A stretch of 64,000 bases of DNA from Raja brachyura (GCA_963514005.1 OY740827.1:3348001-3412000); one strand, 5' to 3'; positions 49,640-63,800 are shown, numbered from the stretch's first letter. The notes: generated by a model from the sequence alone, not told the origin. Numbers and translations: made by a program.

Positions 49640-51010
49640 GTCATAAGTGATGGGAGTAGAATTAGGCCATTCGGCCCATCAGGTCTACTCTGCCGTTCAA
49701 TCCTAGCTGATCTATCTCTCCTTGTTAACCCCCTTTTCCTGCCTTCTCCCCATAACCTCTGACTCCACGACTGATCAAGAATCTATCCATCTCTGCCTTA
49801 AATACATCCACTGACTTGGCCTCCACAGTCTTCTGTGGCAAATCATCCACAGATTCATCACCCTCTAACTAAAGATATTCCTCCTCGTCAGCTTCTTAAA
49901 GAACGTCCTTTAATTCTGAGGCTATAACCTCTGGTCCGATACTCTCCCACTAGTGGAAACATCCTCTCCACATCCACTCTATACAAGCCATTCACTATTC
50001 TGTACGTTTCAATGAAGTTCCCCCCTCATTATTCTCAACTCCAGCGAGTACAGGACCAGTGCCATCAAATGCTCATCACATGTTAACCCACTCATTCCTG
50101 GGATCGTTCTTGTAAACCTCCTCTGGACCCTCTCCAGAGCCAGCACATCCTTCCTCAGATACGGGGCCCAAAATTGCTCACAATATTGACTACAATATGG
50201 ACTGAGAGTCAGGGGAGATGGAGACACAGAGATACCTTTCTGACCTTTCTGTCCTGGGCCACCTCCACTGTCAGAATGAGGCCCAACGCAAATTGGAGGA
50301 ACAGCACCTCATATTTCACTTGGGTCGCTTACAACCCAATGTTATGAATATCGACTTCTCTAACTTCAAGTAACCCTTGCATTCCCTCTCTCAAGATGAG
50401 TTGAGTATTGGAGCAAAGAGGTCCTTCTGCAGTTGTACAGGGCCCTAGTGAAACCACACATGTAGTATTGTGTGTTCTTTTGGTCTACAAACTTGAGGAA
50501 GGACATTCTTGTTATTGAGGGAGTGCAGTGTCGGTTCACGACATTAATTCCCGGGATGGCGGGACTGTCATATGCTGAGAGAATGGAGTGGCTGGGCTTG
50601 TATACACTGGAATTTAAAAGGATCAGAGGGGATCTTATTGAAACATATAAGATTGTAAAGGGTTTGGACACACTAGAGGCAGGAAACATGTTCCCAATGT
50701 TGGGGGAGTCCAGAAGCAGGGGCCACAGTTTAAGAATAAGTGGTAAACCATTTAGAACGGAGATGAGGAAAAACATTTTAACACAGTCAGTTGTGAGTGT
50801 GTGGAATTCTCTGCCTCAGAGGGCGGTGGAAGCTGGTTCTTTGGATGGTTTCATGAGAGAGTTATATGGAGCTCTTAGGGATAGCAGGGTTGAGAGATAT
50901 GGAGAGAAGGCAGGAACGGGCTACTGATTGTGGTTGATCAGCCATGATCACATTGAATGGCGCTGCTGGCTCGAAGGGCCGAAACCCTACTCCTGCACCT
51001 ATTGTCCATT
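49640..51010. mobile_element. CR1 fragments (~49640-50190 minus; ~50395-51010 plus)
   Basis: RT C-terminal ORFs 50009-50227 and 50472-50927. Confidence 0.8.
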
Positions 51011-53109
51011 GCCCATCCCTCCCCTTTCCTATTCTACGACCAGTCTGACTTTCCTCCTGATTCAATGTTATCTGTTTGCTTCGTTGTCACCTTCTCCCCG
51101 CGAACAATGATCTATTCTACAAGAAGTGGGCCGAAGGGCCTGTTTCCGCGCTGCATCTCTAAACTATACATAGAAGTAGTATGTGAACGGGTGATCGATT
51201 GTCGGCGGGAACTGGGTGGGCCGAAGGGTCTGTTTCCGCGCTGCATCTCTAAACTAGAATGCTAAACTAAACTGACATCAACGGCTGCTGTGCTGCCATG
51301 TGGTTAAGTCGCACACGGTGCCTGGTACATCAACAAGGGAATGTATCTGAGGAACAGCCGAGCGCTCTAAGCTGATCATTACTAAAGTTGAAGTAAGAGG
51401 CTATTCATACAGAGGTTGATGATGGGTTGTGTGGGTTCCGAACAAGGTGCCAGAGGAAGTAGTTGAGGCAAGTACAATAACAACATTTAATTTAATTTTG
51501 TTCAGTTAGGAGATACAGCGCGAAAACAGGCCCTTCAGCCCATCGCGTGCGTGCCGACCAACGAACTCCCGTTCACACACTAGTTATATGTTTAGTTTGG
51601 CGATACAGCGAGGAAATAGGCGCTTTGGCACACCGAGTCCACGATGACTATCGATCACCCATTCACACACTAGTCCTGTGTTTGGTTCAGAGATCCAGCT
51701 CGGAAACAGGCCCTGCATCCCTCCGAGACCATGCTGATCATCGATCACCCCACACGCTAACGCTACCCAACACACGCTAGGGACGATTTATAATGGCACC
51801 AAGCCAATTAACCTGCACACCTGGAGTGTGGGTGGAAACCGGAGATCCCGGAGAAAGCCCACGCTGGTCACGGGGAGAATGTACAAACTCCGTACAGACA
51901 GCACCAGTAGTCAGGATCGAACCCGGGTCTCTGGCGCTGTGATGCAGCAACTCTACCTCTGTGCCATCATGCCGCACTTTCTAAAAGACACCTGCCCAGG
52001 TAGGTGTAGAGGAAAGGTTCAGTGGGACACGGGCCAAACGCAGGAACATGGGACTAGTTTGGATAGAGGTTCTTGCTCAGTACGAACGAACTGGGCCAAA
52101 AGGCCTGTTTCCCTGCTCTACGAGGTTGCACACATTCATCCCCCCCCCCCCCCCTCCTCACCAGAAAACATTGTGAAGAGTTTTAGCCCCATATCTGAGG
52201 AAGGATGTGCTGGCATTGGAGAGGGCCCAAAGGAGGTTTACGAGAACGAACCCGGCGAAAGTGGGTTAATGTACGATGAGCGTTTGTCGGCGCTGGGCCT
52301 GTAGTCGCTGGAGTTTAGAAGGATGTGGGGGGGACCTCTTTGAAACATACCGGAAAGTGATAGTCCTGGATAGAGTGAATGTGGAGAGGATGTTTCCGCT
52401 AGTGGGAGAGTCCAGGACCAGAGGGAACTGCCTCACAATAAAAGGACGTACCTTTTGAAAGGAGATGAACAGGAATTTCTTTAGCCAGAGGTTGGTGAAT
52501 CTGTGGAATTCATTGCCACAGACGGCTGTGGAGGCCAAGTCAATAGGTGTTTTTAATAGACAATAGGTGCAGGAGTAGGCCATTCGTCCCTTCGAGTCAT
52601 TCAATGTGATCATGGCTGATCATCCCCAATTAGTACCCCGTTCCTGCCTTCTCCCTATATCCCCCTGACTCCGCTATCTGTAAGGATCATGAATATATCT
52701 ATCCCTGCATTAACATTAACCATTGACTTGGGCTCCACAGCCTTCTGTGGCAAATAGTTCCACGGAATTTCACAGAAATCTGGAGGTGTTTCATTGTATG
52801 AAAGCAGCATGTGGTGAAAGGTCTTTAAAATAAATACATATTTTGCCTGCCACTCACGTATACTTTTTTTGGGCAGGGAAGCCTACCCCTGAGGTCCCTG
52901 ACATAATGGTTCAATTTATATTCTTGCACGGAATTAAATCTTGCAGCCATCATTTTAGACATCTTTAATGTAATGGGGGAACAAGGAGTCAATAAACTTT
53001 CCTGACACCTTTCAAGTAACAGAAACACAATAACACAGCTGCCCCGTGTCAGTAAGGAGGTGGGATGGATAGATTAGGCTACTTTACTAAGTAAATAATT
53101 GGGCTGCAC

Positions 53110-53880
53110 AAAAAGCTGGAGAAACTCAGCGGGTGCAGCAGCATCTAAGGAGCGAAGGAGATAGGCGACGTTTCGGGTCGAGACCCTTCTTCAGACTGGT
53201 CAGGGATCAGGGAAACGAGAGATATAGACAGTGATGTGGAGAGATAAAGAACAATGAATGAAAGATATGCAAAAAAGTATCGATGATAAAGGAAACTGGC
53301 CATTGTAAGCTGTTTGTAGTGTGAAAATGAGAAGCTAGTGCGACTTGGGTGGGGGGGGGGGGGGGGGGGGGAGATGGAGAAGGAATGTCAGGGCCCGAGG
53401 GCTGAGGGAGAGGTGGGGAGGGGGAGGAGGCAGTCTGGGTTAACAGAATTGAGAAAATTCAATGTTTAAGCCCAGAGGATGCAGACTCCCCAAGCGGAAT
53501 ATGAGGTGCTGTTCCTCCAACTTGCGGTGTTGCTCACTCTGGCCGTGGAGGAGGCCCAGGACCGAGAGGTCGGATACGGAATGGGAGGGGGAGTTGAAGT
53601 GCTGAGCCACCGGGAGGTCGGGTTGGTTATTGCGGACCGAGCGGAGGTGTTCGGCGAAACGATCGCCCAGCCTCCGCTTGGTCTCACCGATGTAGATCAG
53701 CTGGCATCTGGAGCAACGGATGCAGTAGATGAGGTTGGAGGAGGTGCAGGTGAACCTCTGTCGGACTTGGAATGACTGCTTGGGTCCCTGAAAGGAGTGG
53801 ATGGGCGAGGTGAAGGGACAAGTGTAGCATCTCTTGCGGTTGCAAGGGAAAGTGCCCGGGGAAGGAGTGGAGAAGGGGTG
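53110..53880 (-). mobile_element. Penelope-like element fragment
   Basis: Reverse complement is homologous to 18330-19210 (GIY-YIG region and 3' repeat). Confidence 0.8.
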
Positions 53881-54299
53881 GAAATAATTGGGCTGATCAT
53901 GTTAGAAGAATTAGATAACGGAGATTCACAAATGGCCTTCCCTTCAGCGGGATAATATTTTCAACGCCGAGTTATTGAATAACACAGAAGGATGGTATCT
54001 ATATATATCTCAGCCCCCCCCCCCCCCCCCCCACCCCCACTGCTCTTTTTCTCTAAGCCCCCCACTATCTCCATCACACACATTCATAAGTGATCGCAGC
54101 AGAATTAGGCCATTCGGCCAATCAAGTCTACTCCGCCATTCAATCACAGCCGATCGCTCTCTCCCTCCCAACCCCGTTCTCCTGCCTTCTCCCCATAACC
54201 TATGACACCCACACCCACGCATAGAAGGTGGAGGTTGACAGATTCTTGAGTAGTTCGGGTGTCGGGGGTCATGGGAAGAAAGCAGGAGAATAATCACAA

Positions 54300-55365
54300 T
54301 AATAATACATTTGTCATTGTAAATACATACAACGAAATGTCAGACGCACTGCCCGAGCAGAGCTCCAACGTATCAGATGAATAATAACGAATAATGAACA
54401 ACGAATAACAATATCGCCAAGAAAACGTCAAGTCATAATGTGCAAAGTGCAATATTTCACAGTATAGTGTTGTGGCAGTACACAATATTGGCTATGGGGC
54501 TGTGTGTTCATTGCAGAGTTCAGAGTGGTGATGGCCTTGGGGTAGAAACTGTCTGTTAATCTTGTGGCGTGTGATTTGATGGACCTGTAACGCTTTCCCG
54601 GGGGCAGAAGGGCAAACAAGTGATGTGCGGGATGTGATGAGTCCTTTAGTATGCGCGATGCCGTCCGCAGGCAACGAGAGCCATAGGTCTCTTCCAGGGC
54701 AGGCAGGTGAGTGTTGGTGACTCTCTGCAGAGACTTTTGTTAGCCGCAGAACTGTTGCCATATCATACCAGGATGCCATGTGTCAGGACACTCTCTACGC
54801 AATGGTAGAATGACACTAGCAGCTGTTGTGGCGTTGACTTTCCTGAGTGATCTTAGCAGGTAAAGCCGTTGTTGTGCCTTCTTTGCCAGAGAGTGCGTGT
54901 TAGTTGACGACCTGAGATCTGCTGAGATGTGGGTGCCCAGGAACCTGAAAATTGAGACTCTGTCCACTCTTTCCCCATTTATGTGCAGTGAGGGATGGTC
55001 ACCCTGCTTCTTCCTGAAGTCAATGAAGAGCTCTTCTGTTTTTGTTTGTATTGAGTACTACGTTGTTCTCTGAGCACCAGCCTATTAACCTCTGTACCTC
55101 CTCCCTGTAAGCTGACTCATCGCCATCAGTGATCAGTCCCGCCACTGTCGCGTCGTTAGCAAATTTAATGATGGTGTTCGTGCTGTGGGGCGGTTTGCAG
55201 TCATAGGTATAGAGGGCGTAGCGGAGAGGGCTCAGCACACAGCCTTGTGGAGCTCCTGTGCTGCGTGTCAGAGTGGGGGAATGGTGGGATCCCATCCTGA
55301 CTGACTGCGGCCGGTCCGCAAGGAAATCCTTAATCCATGGGCAGATATTGTGTTCGAAGCCTAGG
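54300..55365 (-). mobile_element. Rex/Babar LINE RT fragment
   Basis: [33 protein letters not shown]; FRFLGTHIS..KKAQQRLY; LLPPGKRYRSI. Confidence 0.88.
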
Positions 55366-57507
55366 TCGGGTCGAGAGGGAAAGATAGATCAGCCATGATT
55401 GAAGGACGGAGTGGTCTCCTTTGGTCAAATGACCTTATTCTGCTCCTGTATCTTACAAAGTTATGAAAAGCTGCCTGACCCGCTGAGTTCCCTCAGCAGA
55501 TGGAATGTCGCTACAGATTCCCGCATCTGCAGTATTTTCTGTCTCCAGTGCAAGAAAGTACAATTTGCAAATGTTCAGGTGATATGGAAATGTGTGATGT
55601 TGTGGTTGGCAAGGAAGGTGGTGCAAAGTTGCAGCAGGATAAAGGTCATGGGGGATATCAATCTGCACGTAGACTAGGAAATTCAAGTTGGTACTGGATC
55701 CCAAGAGAACACATTTATAGTGTTTTCAAGATGGTTTCTAATAGCAGCTTGTGATCGAGCATACCAGGCAATTTGGTTTGGTATTGGTATATGGTCGACA
55801 CGGTGGTGCAGTGGTAGAGCTGCTGCCTTACAGCACCAGAGACCCGGGTTCGATCCCGATTACGCGTGCTGTCTGTATGTTTGTATGTTCTCCCCTTGAC
55901 CTGCGTGGGTTTTCTCCGGGTGCTCAGGTTTCCTCCCACACTCCAAAGGGGTTACAGGTTTGAAGGTTAATTGGCCTTGGTAAAATTGTAAATTGTCCCG
56001 AGTGTGGGTGGGATGGTGTTCGTGTGCGTGGATCGCTCACATACACTAAACATAGAACTAACGTGTCGACGGGTGGTCGATGGTCTGCGCAGACACAGTG
56101 GGCCAAAGGGCCTGTTTCTGCGCTGTATCTCTAAAACTAAACATAGAACTAATATGTGAACGAGTGGTCGATGGTCTGCGCGGACACAGTGGGCCAAAGG
56201 GGCTGTTTCTGCGCTGTATCTCTAAAACTAAACATAGAACTAATATGTGAACGAGTGGTCGATGGTCTGCGCGGACACAGTGGGCCAAAGGAGCTGTTTC
56301 TGCGCTGTATCTCTAAAACTAAAACAAAAAGCTAAAACTATTGTGTAACAAACCACATTTAATCAGGGTGAATCAGTTAAAAGAAATGTTCGGAGGTAGT
56401 GACCATAAAAAGGATAAAATGCTGAGGCTTTATAACACAAGAACGATCCCAGGGAATGAGTGGGTTCACGTACGATGAGCGTTTGGCGGCACTGGACCTG
56501 CACTCGTGGAGTTTACAAGGAGGAGGGGGGACCTCATTGAAAGATAGCAAGTAGTGAAAGTCCTGGATAGAGTGGATGTGGAGAGGATGTTTCCACTGGT
56601 GGGAGAGTTAGAACCAGAGTTCATATCCTCAGAATTAAAGATCGTTCCTTTTGCAAGGAGATGAGGGATTTCTTCAGTCACAGGGTTGTGAATGTGTGGA
56701 ATTCTCTGCCACAGAAGGCCGTGGACGGCAAGTCAGTGGATAATTTTGCAGCAGAGTTAGATAGATTCTTAATTAGTGCGGGTGTGAGAGAATATGGGGA
56801 GAAGCAGGAGAATGGGGTTAGGAGGAAAGAATTGATTACCATGATTGAATGGTGGAGTAGCCTTGATGGGCCGAATAGCCCAATTCTGTTCCTATCACTT
56901 ATGATCTTATCACCTTATGACCAATGTAGATGCCTTCTGTTGCTTTTTAAATGCTTCCCAATCGTTAGACTTCCCGCTAATCTTTGCCAAGTAACATGAT
57001 GGTGGCACGGTGGCTCAGCAGTAGAGTTGCTGCCTCACAGCACCAGAGACCCGCTACGATCCCGACTATGGGTGCTGTCTGTGCGGAGTTTGCACGTTCT
57101 CCCCGTGAACGTGGAACGTGCGAACGGGTGATGGATGGTCGGCGCGGATTCGATGGGCCGAAGGGCATGTTTCCACGGTGTATTTCTAAACTAAACATGG
57201 AACTAATGAGTGAACGGGTGATCGATGGTCGGGGTTTTCTCCAGGTGCTCCGGTTTCCAAAGCCGTACGGTTTGTGAGTTAATTAGGCTTCGGTAAACAT
57301 TTTTAATTTGCCCCGAGTGTGTGTAGGGTAGCGTTGGTGTACGGGGATCGTAGGTCAGCGCGGACTGGGTGGGCCGAAGGACCTGCTTTCGCGTTGTATT
57401 TCTAAACTAAACATAGAACGAGTGTTGAACGGGTGATTGGTGGTCAGCGCAGATTCGGTGGGCCGAAGTGCCTGCTTCCGCGCTGTATCTCTACACTAGA
57501 CATCAAA

Positions 57508-57707
57508 NNNNNNNNNNNNNNNNNNNNNNNNNNNNNNNNNNNNNNNNNNNNNNNNNNNNNNNNNNNNNNNNNNNNNNNNNNNNNNNNNNNNNNNNNNNNN
57601 NNNNNNNNNNNNNNNNNNNNNNNNNNNNNNNNNNNNNNNNNNNNNNNNNNNNNNNNNNNNNNNNNNNNNNNNNNNNNNNNNNNNNNNNNNNNNNNNNNNN
57701 NNNNNNN
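57508..57707. other. Assembly gap (~200 N)
   Basis: Run of N flanked by a SINE tail and a GA-rich repeat. Confidence 0.99.
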
Positions 57708-57835
57708 AGAGAGGGGGAGAGAGGGGAGAGAGGGGAGAGAGAGGAGAGAGGGGGAGAGAGGGGGAGAGAGGGGAGAGAGGGGAGAGGGTATCAATAAGAA
57801 GAGTGAGCGGATGTAGCCATGACTGCGTGACTCAC

Positions 57836-58123
57836 AGTTGACGATCAAGGTGACCTTTTTCCCTGCAGACTCTCCGGGTGAATGGACACATCTCAAAGAC
57901 CTCCCGTGGTGTTGATAGGAAGCCACGAAGCTAAGAGTGAGGCTGGTGGTCCAGGAGTTCTCAGCTGATCCTGGAGTTTCGGTCTCAGAGACTGGATCTA
58001 AACCATCCATCCCTCTCCATCTCAGGTGACCAGGGCAGGCGAACTTTACCGAGCAGGTTAGCACCACCTCATTTCCCTCAGTGATCTCCTCTGGTGAGGA
58101 GACGGTCAACAAACTGGATTCAC
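57836..58123 (-). CDS. Domain-2 C2 exon of the upstream Siglec paralog
   Basis: GESSLLTVSSPEEITEGNEVVLTCSVKFAC..LRW...TSLTLSF..QHHGRSLRC; tccgaag/gtgagt; 288 nt. Confidence 0.85.
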
Positions 58124-58254
58124 CTTCGGAGAGAGAGTCGGAGCATCAATTAATACAGTTTTTTTCTCTCGGTTTATTTTCCCTCCTTAACAAGGACTTT
58201 ATTCAGTCATTACAAACCAGAAGGTGCAAAGACTTTCAATCCTCACCTCACAAT

Positions 58255-59255
58255 GGACAACAGGTGCAGGAGGAGGCCATTCGGCCCTTCCAGCCAGCAC
58301 CGCCATTCACTGTGATCATGGCTGATCATCCACAATCAGTACCCCGTTCCTGCCTTCTCCTCATTTTCCCTGACTCCGCTATCTTTAAGAGCTCTATCTA
58401 GCCCTCTCTTGACAGTATCCAGAGAACCGGCCTCCAGAGGCAGAGAATTCCAGAATTCCAGACTCACAACTCTCTGGGTGAAAAAGTGCTTCCTCATCTC
58501 CGTTTTAAATGGCTGACCCCTTAATAGTTTTATATGTTTCAATGAGATCCCCTCTCATCCTTCTAAACTCCACAGTGTACAAGCCCAGCCGCTCCATTCT
58601 CTCAGCATATGACAGATCCGCCATCCCAGGAATTAACCTTGTAAACCTGCGCACTCCCTCAATAGCAAGAATGTCCTTCCTCAAATTAGGGGACCAAAAC
58701 TGCACACAATACTCCAGGTGTGGTCTCACTAGGGCCCTGTACAACTGCAGAAGGACCTCTTTGCTCCTATACTCAACTCCTCTTGTTATGAAGGCCAACA
58801 GGCCAAAACTGCACACAATACTCCAGGTGTGGTCTCACTAGGGCTCTGTACAACTGCAGAAGGACCTCTTTGCTCCTATACTCAACTCCTCTTGTTATGA
58901 AGGCCAACATGCCATTGGCTTTCTTCACTGCCTGCTGTACCTGCATGCTTACTTTCATAGACTGATGAACAAGGACCCCCAGATCCCGTTGTACTTCCCC
59001 TTTTCCCAACTTGACGCCATTTAGAGAGTAATCTGCCTTCCTGTTTTTGCTACCAAAGTGGATAACCTCACATTTATCCACATTAAACTGCATCTGCCAT
59101 ACATCTGCCCACTCCCCCAACCTGTCCAAGTCACCGTGCATTCTCATAGCATCCGCCTCACAGTTCACACTGCCACCCAGCTTTGTGTCATCTGCAAATG
59201 TGCTAATGTTACATTGAACCCTTTCATCTAAATCATTGGTGTATATTGTAAATAG
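58255..59255 (-). mobile_element. CR1 fragment with an internal ~108-bp direct duplication
   Basis: ORFs 58773-59168 and 58505-58816; ~58694-58800 is repeated at ~58803-58909. Confidence 0.88.
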
Positions 59256-59449
59256 CAGCTTGGTATAAATGTAAATTGTCCCCTAGTGTGTGTAGGATAG
59301 TGTTAGTGTGCGGGGATCGCTCATCGGCGCAGACGCGATGGGCCGAAGGGCCTGTTTCCATGCGGTATCTCTGCACTAAACTAATCTACATTTACAATGC
59401 TCTAGACCCCCCCGCGGCGACCAGCGATCACGGAAGGCCCCGTGGACAC

Positions 59450-59755
59450 CGCGTGTGCGTGTGTGTGTGTGTGTGTATGAGTGTGCGTATGCGTGCGAGT
59501 ATGTTTGTGTGTGTGGGTGTGTGCGTGCGCACGAGTGTGTGAGAGTGTGTGAGTGCGTATGTGTGTGTGAGAATGTGTGAGAGTGTGCGCGTGGTGTGTG
59601 TGTCTGTGCGTGTGGTGTGTGTGTCTGTGCGCGTGGTGTGTGTGTGTGCGTGATGTGTGTGTGTGCGTGGTGTGTGTGTGTGCGTGGTGTGTGTGTGTGC
59701 GTGGTGTGTGTGAGAGTGTGTGTGTGAGAGTGTCCGTGTTAGAGTGTGTGTGTAC
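59450..59755. repeat. (GT)n-type microsatellite
   Basis: Seen directly. Confidence 0.95.
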
Positions 59756-59822
59756 CTGTCCACATTCACCAGAGATGCTGCCTGACCCGCTGAGTTACTC
59801 CAGCACTTTGTGTTTGTCTTAC

Positions 59823-60176
59823 CGGATATGTCCAGCAGAACCCTGTCCCGTCCGGAATATTTTGCACCCAGATTGTTCTCCATTCGGAAGTAGTACCGTC
59901 CCTCATCCCGCTTGGTCAGACTGTCGATTGTCAGGGTGCAATCCTTGTCTCTCTGCCATTGTTCTGGGATTTTTGCTCTTGGATGGCGGTGAGGGTCGGG
60001 ACTTTCCGGAGAGCTGACGATGAGGGTGCCATATCTCTTGTCATCCTTCAGCCACTGAATGGTTTTCAGCCGAGAACCAGTGGGACTGGAGAAGGAGCAG
60101 GGAATCCGTACGCAGGTTCCCGCAGCAGCCATGACAGCCCTCGGAGCCTTCACCTCCCACTGAACGGCAACCACAC
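59823..60176 (-). CDS. Second Siglec V-set exon (upstream paralog; leader exon not found in the window)
   Basis: GVVAVQW...GTCVRIPCSF...KDCTL...DEGRYYFRME...KYS; ctgcag/gtaaga; 354 nt, phase 1-1. Confidence 0.88.
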
Positions 60177-60180
60177 CTGC

Positions 60181-60886
60181 AGAGAGAGAGGCACAGAGTC
60201 ACAGAGTGACAGTCACAGAGACACAGACACAGAGACACAGAGTCGCAGAGACACAGAGTCGCAGAGACACAGTCGCAGAGACACAGAGTCGCAGAGACAC
60301 AGAGTCACAGAGACACAGTCACAGAGTCGCAGAGTCGCAGAGTCACAGAGACACAGAGACACAGAGACACAGAGTCGCAGTCACAGAGACACAGAGACAC
60401 AGTCACAGAGACACAGAGACACAGAGTCACAGAGACACAGAGACACAGTCACAGAGACACAGAGACACAGAGACACAGAGTCACAGAGTCACAGAGAGAC
60501 ACAGAGGCACAGAGTCACAGAGACACAGAGACACAGTCAGTCACAGAGACACAGAGACATACAGGCACAGAGACACACAGGCACAGAGTCACAGAGGCAC
60601 AGAGTCACAGAGGCACAGTCACAGAGACACAGTCACAGAGTCGCAGAGTCGCAGAGTCGCAGAGTCGCAGAGACACAGAGACACAGAGACACAGAAGCAC
60701 AGTCAGTCACAGAGACACAGAGACACACAGGCACAGAGACACAGAGTCACAGAGTCGCAGAGACGCAGAGACACAGAGACACAGAGGCACAGAGGCACAG
60801 TCAGTCACAGACACACAGAGACACACAGGCACAGAGACACAGAGTCACAGAGTCACAGAGTCACAGTCAGTCACAGTCAGTCACAG
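60181..60886. repeat. (ACAGAG/TCACAGAG)n simple repeat abutting the V-exon acceptor
   Basis: Seen directly. Confidence 0.95.
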
Positions 60887-60887
60887 A

Positions 60888-63800
60888 TGTGGTATTATGG
60901 GAATGCAGTGGCCGGAGGTGACGTGGGAACCCGGGGGGGTGGCAGTTAGGGAGTTGCCGGGCAAGCACACAAGCAGGCGGCTGCTGTACAGAGTTGCTAA
61001 TTAAAGATAAACTCTGTTTACGTCGTGGTACGAGCCTTATTATACTAACAAACGCGACATGGTGTCAGACAAGGGATCCTTGTAAGCAAAAAAAAAAAGA
61101 GGAGGGGGTATCGTTTTGGCGCGAAATGGGAGACGAGCCTGCAGATATGGCGCAACCCACACCAACTGCTACGTTCACCATACAACCTCCAGAGCCATTC
61201 GATTTCACCAAGCCTCAAGAATGGGAGCGTTGGATAAGGAGATTCGACCGCTTTCGGCTTGCAAGCAATTTAAACGCGACGTCGGCAGAAAACCAGGTGA
61301 ACACGTTAGTGTATTGCATGGGCGATGAAGCCAAAGATGTGCTAAAGGGGCTAACGCTAACCGCAGATGAGAGGAGGGAGTACACGGATGTCAAGGCGGG
61401 CTTTGATGCATTTTTTATACCTAAAAAGAATGTAATCTATGAAAGAGCCAAGTTCAATCAGCGTGTGCAACTGCCAGGAGAAACGGTGGATTCCTTCATC
61501 ACTGCCCTATACGGATTAGCTGAACACTGCAACTATGGACAGTTACAGAACGAGCTGATCCGCGACAGGTTAGTGGTCGGGCTGAGAGACGTCTCATTGT
61601 CAGAAAAGCTACAGCTAGACAGAGACCTAACCCTGGCAACTGCAATAACAAAAACAAGGCAGTCTGCAGAAGTTAGACGACAGTGGTCTGACTTAAGAGG
61701 AGAAAATAGCGGTGCTAGCAAGTGCTCTAATGTTGATGCTGTGCATGCTAAAAGCTACAGAAAACCCAAATTTCCCTCAAAGCCTCCGCCACAAGCACAA
61801 ACACCAAGCAAAAATAGATTTAATACACGGCCTCAGCCTGGTTCAAAGGCCTGTTATAGATGTGGAAAAATGCCCTCGCATGGGAAATGGGAATGCCCTG
61901 CTAAAGATGCTGTGTGTCACAACTGTGGCAAAAAGGGACATTATGGTAGACTGTGCAGAAACAGTGCAAAATCTCTCAATGCTGTAACTACAGAGGAAGA
62001 AGAGAGCTTTTTCCTGGGAGCCGTGGATGCTGGAAAAGACCCGTGGACGGTGCAGCTAGAAGTGAGAAAAAAAAAAGTGTGCTTTAAAATAGACACTGGT
62101 GCTGATGTCACCGCCATGCCAGCCGAGGTGTACCATGACATTACAGAGGGGCATGATGTGAAGCGCCTGGCAGTGTCGACACGCCCATTGTTTGGGCCAG
62201 GGGGCAATGCACTCTCTGTCCTGGGTGTAGCCAGAGAAACACTGCGCAGAGGCAAAAAGACAACCATAGAAAACATTTATGTAGTAAAAGACCTGCACAC
62301 TGCACTGTTGGGAAGGCCTGCCATAGAACGGCTTCAGCTTGTGTGCAGGGTTAACGGCATCACCGTGGAATCAGTGAAACAACAATATCCGAAGCTGTGT
62401 AGCGGCTTGGGTCTTGTTCAGAGGCCATACTCAATTAAATTGAAGCCAGAGGCTGTGCCCTTCTCTCTCCACACGCCACGCAGAGTCCCTCTGCCGCTTA
62501 TGGGAAAAGTGAGGAAGGAGATAGACCGTATGGAGAAGATGGGCGTAATCACCAAGATTGAGGAGCCAACTGATTGGTGTGCCGGGATGGTGGTGGTGCC
62601 GAAGAAAACAGGTGATGTTCGCATTTGTGTGGACTTCACGATGATGAATGGATCAGTATGCAGAGAAAAGTTTATCCTGCCTTCTGTCGAGCACACTCTG
62701 GGCATGCTAGCTGGCGCAACAGTATTCAGCAAATTAGATGCCAACATGGGCTTTTGGCAAGTACCATTGACAAAAGAGTCTGCCAAATACACCACCTTCA
62801 TCACGCCTTTTGGGCGCTACTATTTTAATCGTCTACCCTTTGGCATAGCATCAGCCCCCGAGCACTTTCAAAGGATGATGATGACAGAAGTGACCGGTGG
62901 CCTGGAAGGGGTACTGTGTCACATGGATGACATCCTGGTCTGGGGACAGACGCAGGAGGAGCATGATGTGCGGTTGCATGCGGTGCTAGAGAAGGCATAT
63001 AAGGCCGGCATTACGCTCAACATGGACAAATGTGAGCTCACACGCCACACAGTCAGATTCCTGGGTCATGTGATTTCAGCAGATGGAGTGAAGCCAGATC
63101 CAGAGAAGACGAGAGCAGTACAAGAAATGGATGCACCCAAAAATGTCAGCGAACTCAGGAGTTTTCTGGGCATGGTCAATCAGCTGGGCCGCTTCTTGCC
63201 TAACCTGGCTGAAAAAGACAAAGTGCTACGAGACCTGCTGTCCAAGAAGAACCACTGGTACTGGGGGACAGAGCAGCAGGCCGCCTTTGATCAGTTAAAA
63301 ACAGAGCTGTCATCCACACCGGTACTCACATTATACAACCCAAACAGTGCTCTAAAGATCTCTGCTGATGCTTCTTCCTTTGGCCTGGGGGCAGTCCTGC
63401 TGCAGAAAAGCGATGCCATATGGTCACCTGTGGCATATGCGTCCAGGTCAATGACACCAACAGAGCAGCGTTATGCTCAAGTAGAGAAGGAGGCATTGGC
63501 TGCGACGTGGGCATGTGAAAGATTCAGCTGTTTCATCCTGGGAAGACCATTCGAGCTGGAAACTGACCACAAGCCGTTGGTGAGTCTGCTGGGAGGGAAA
63601 GCTTTGGATGACCTCCCACCAAGAGTCCAAAGATTTAGGATGAGACTCATGAGGTACAACTATACAGTCAATCATGTCCCTGGCAAAAGCATGGGGACAG
63701 CCGACACCCTATCACGTGCTCCTCTGAGAGCCGCAAGAACACACACAGACACAAGCCTATTAGAGGACACCAACATCTATGTAGACTCAGTCATCAGCAA

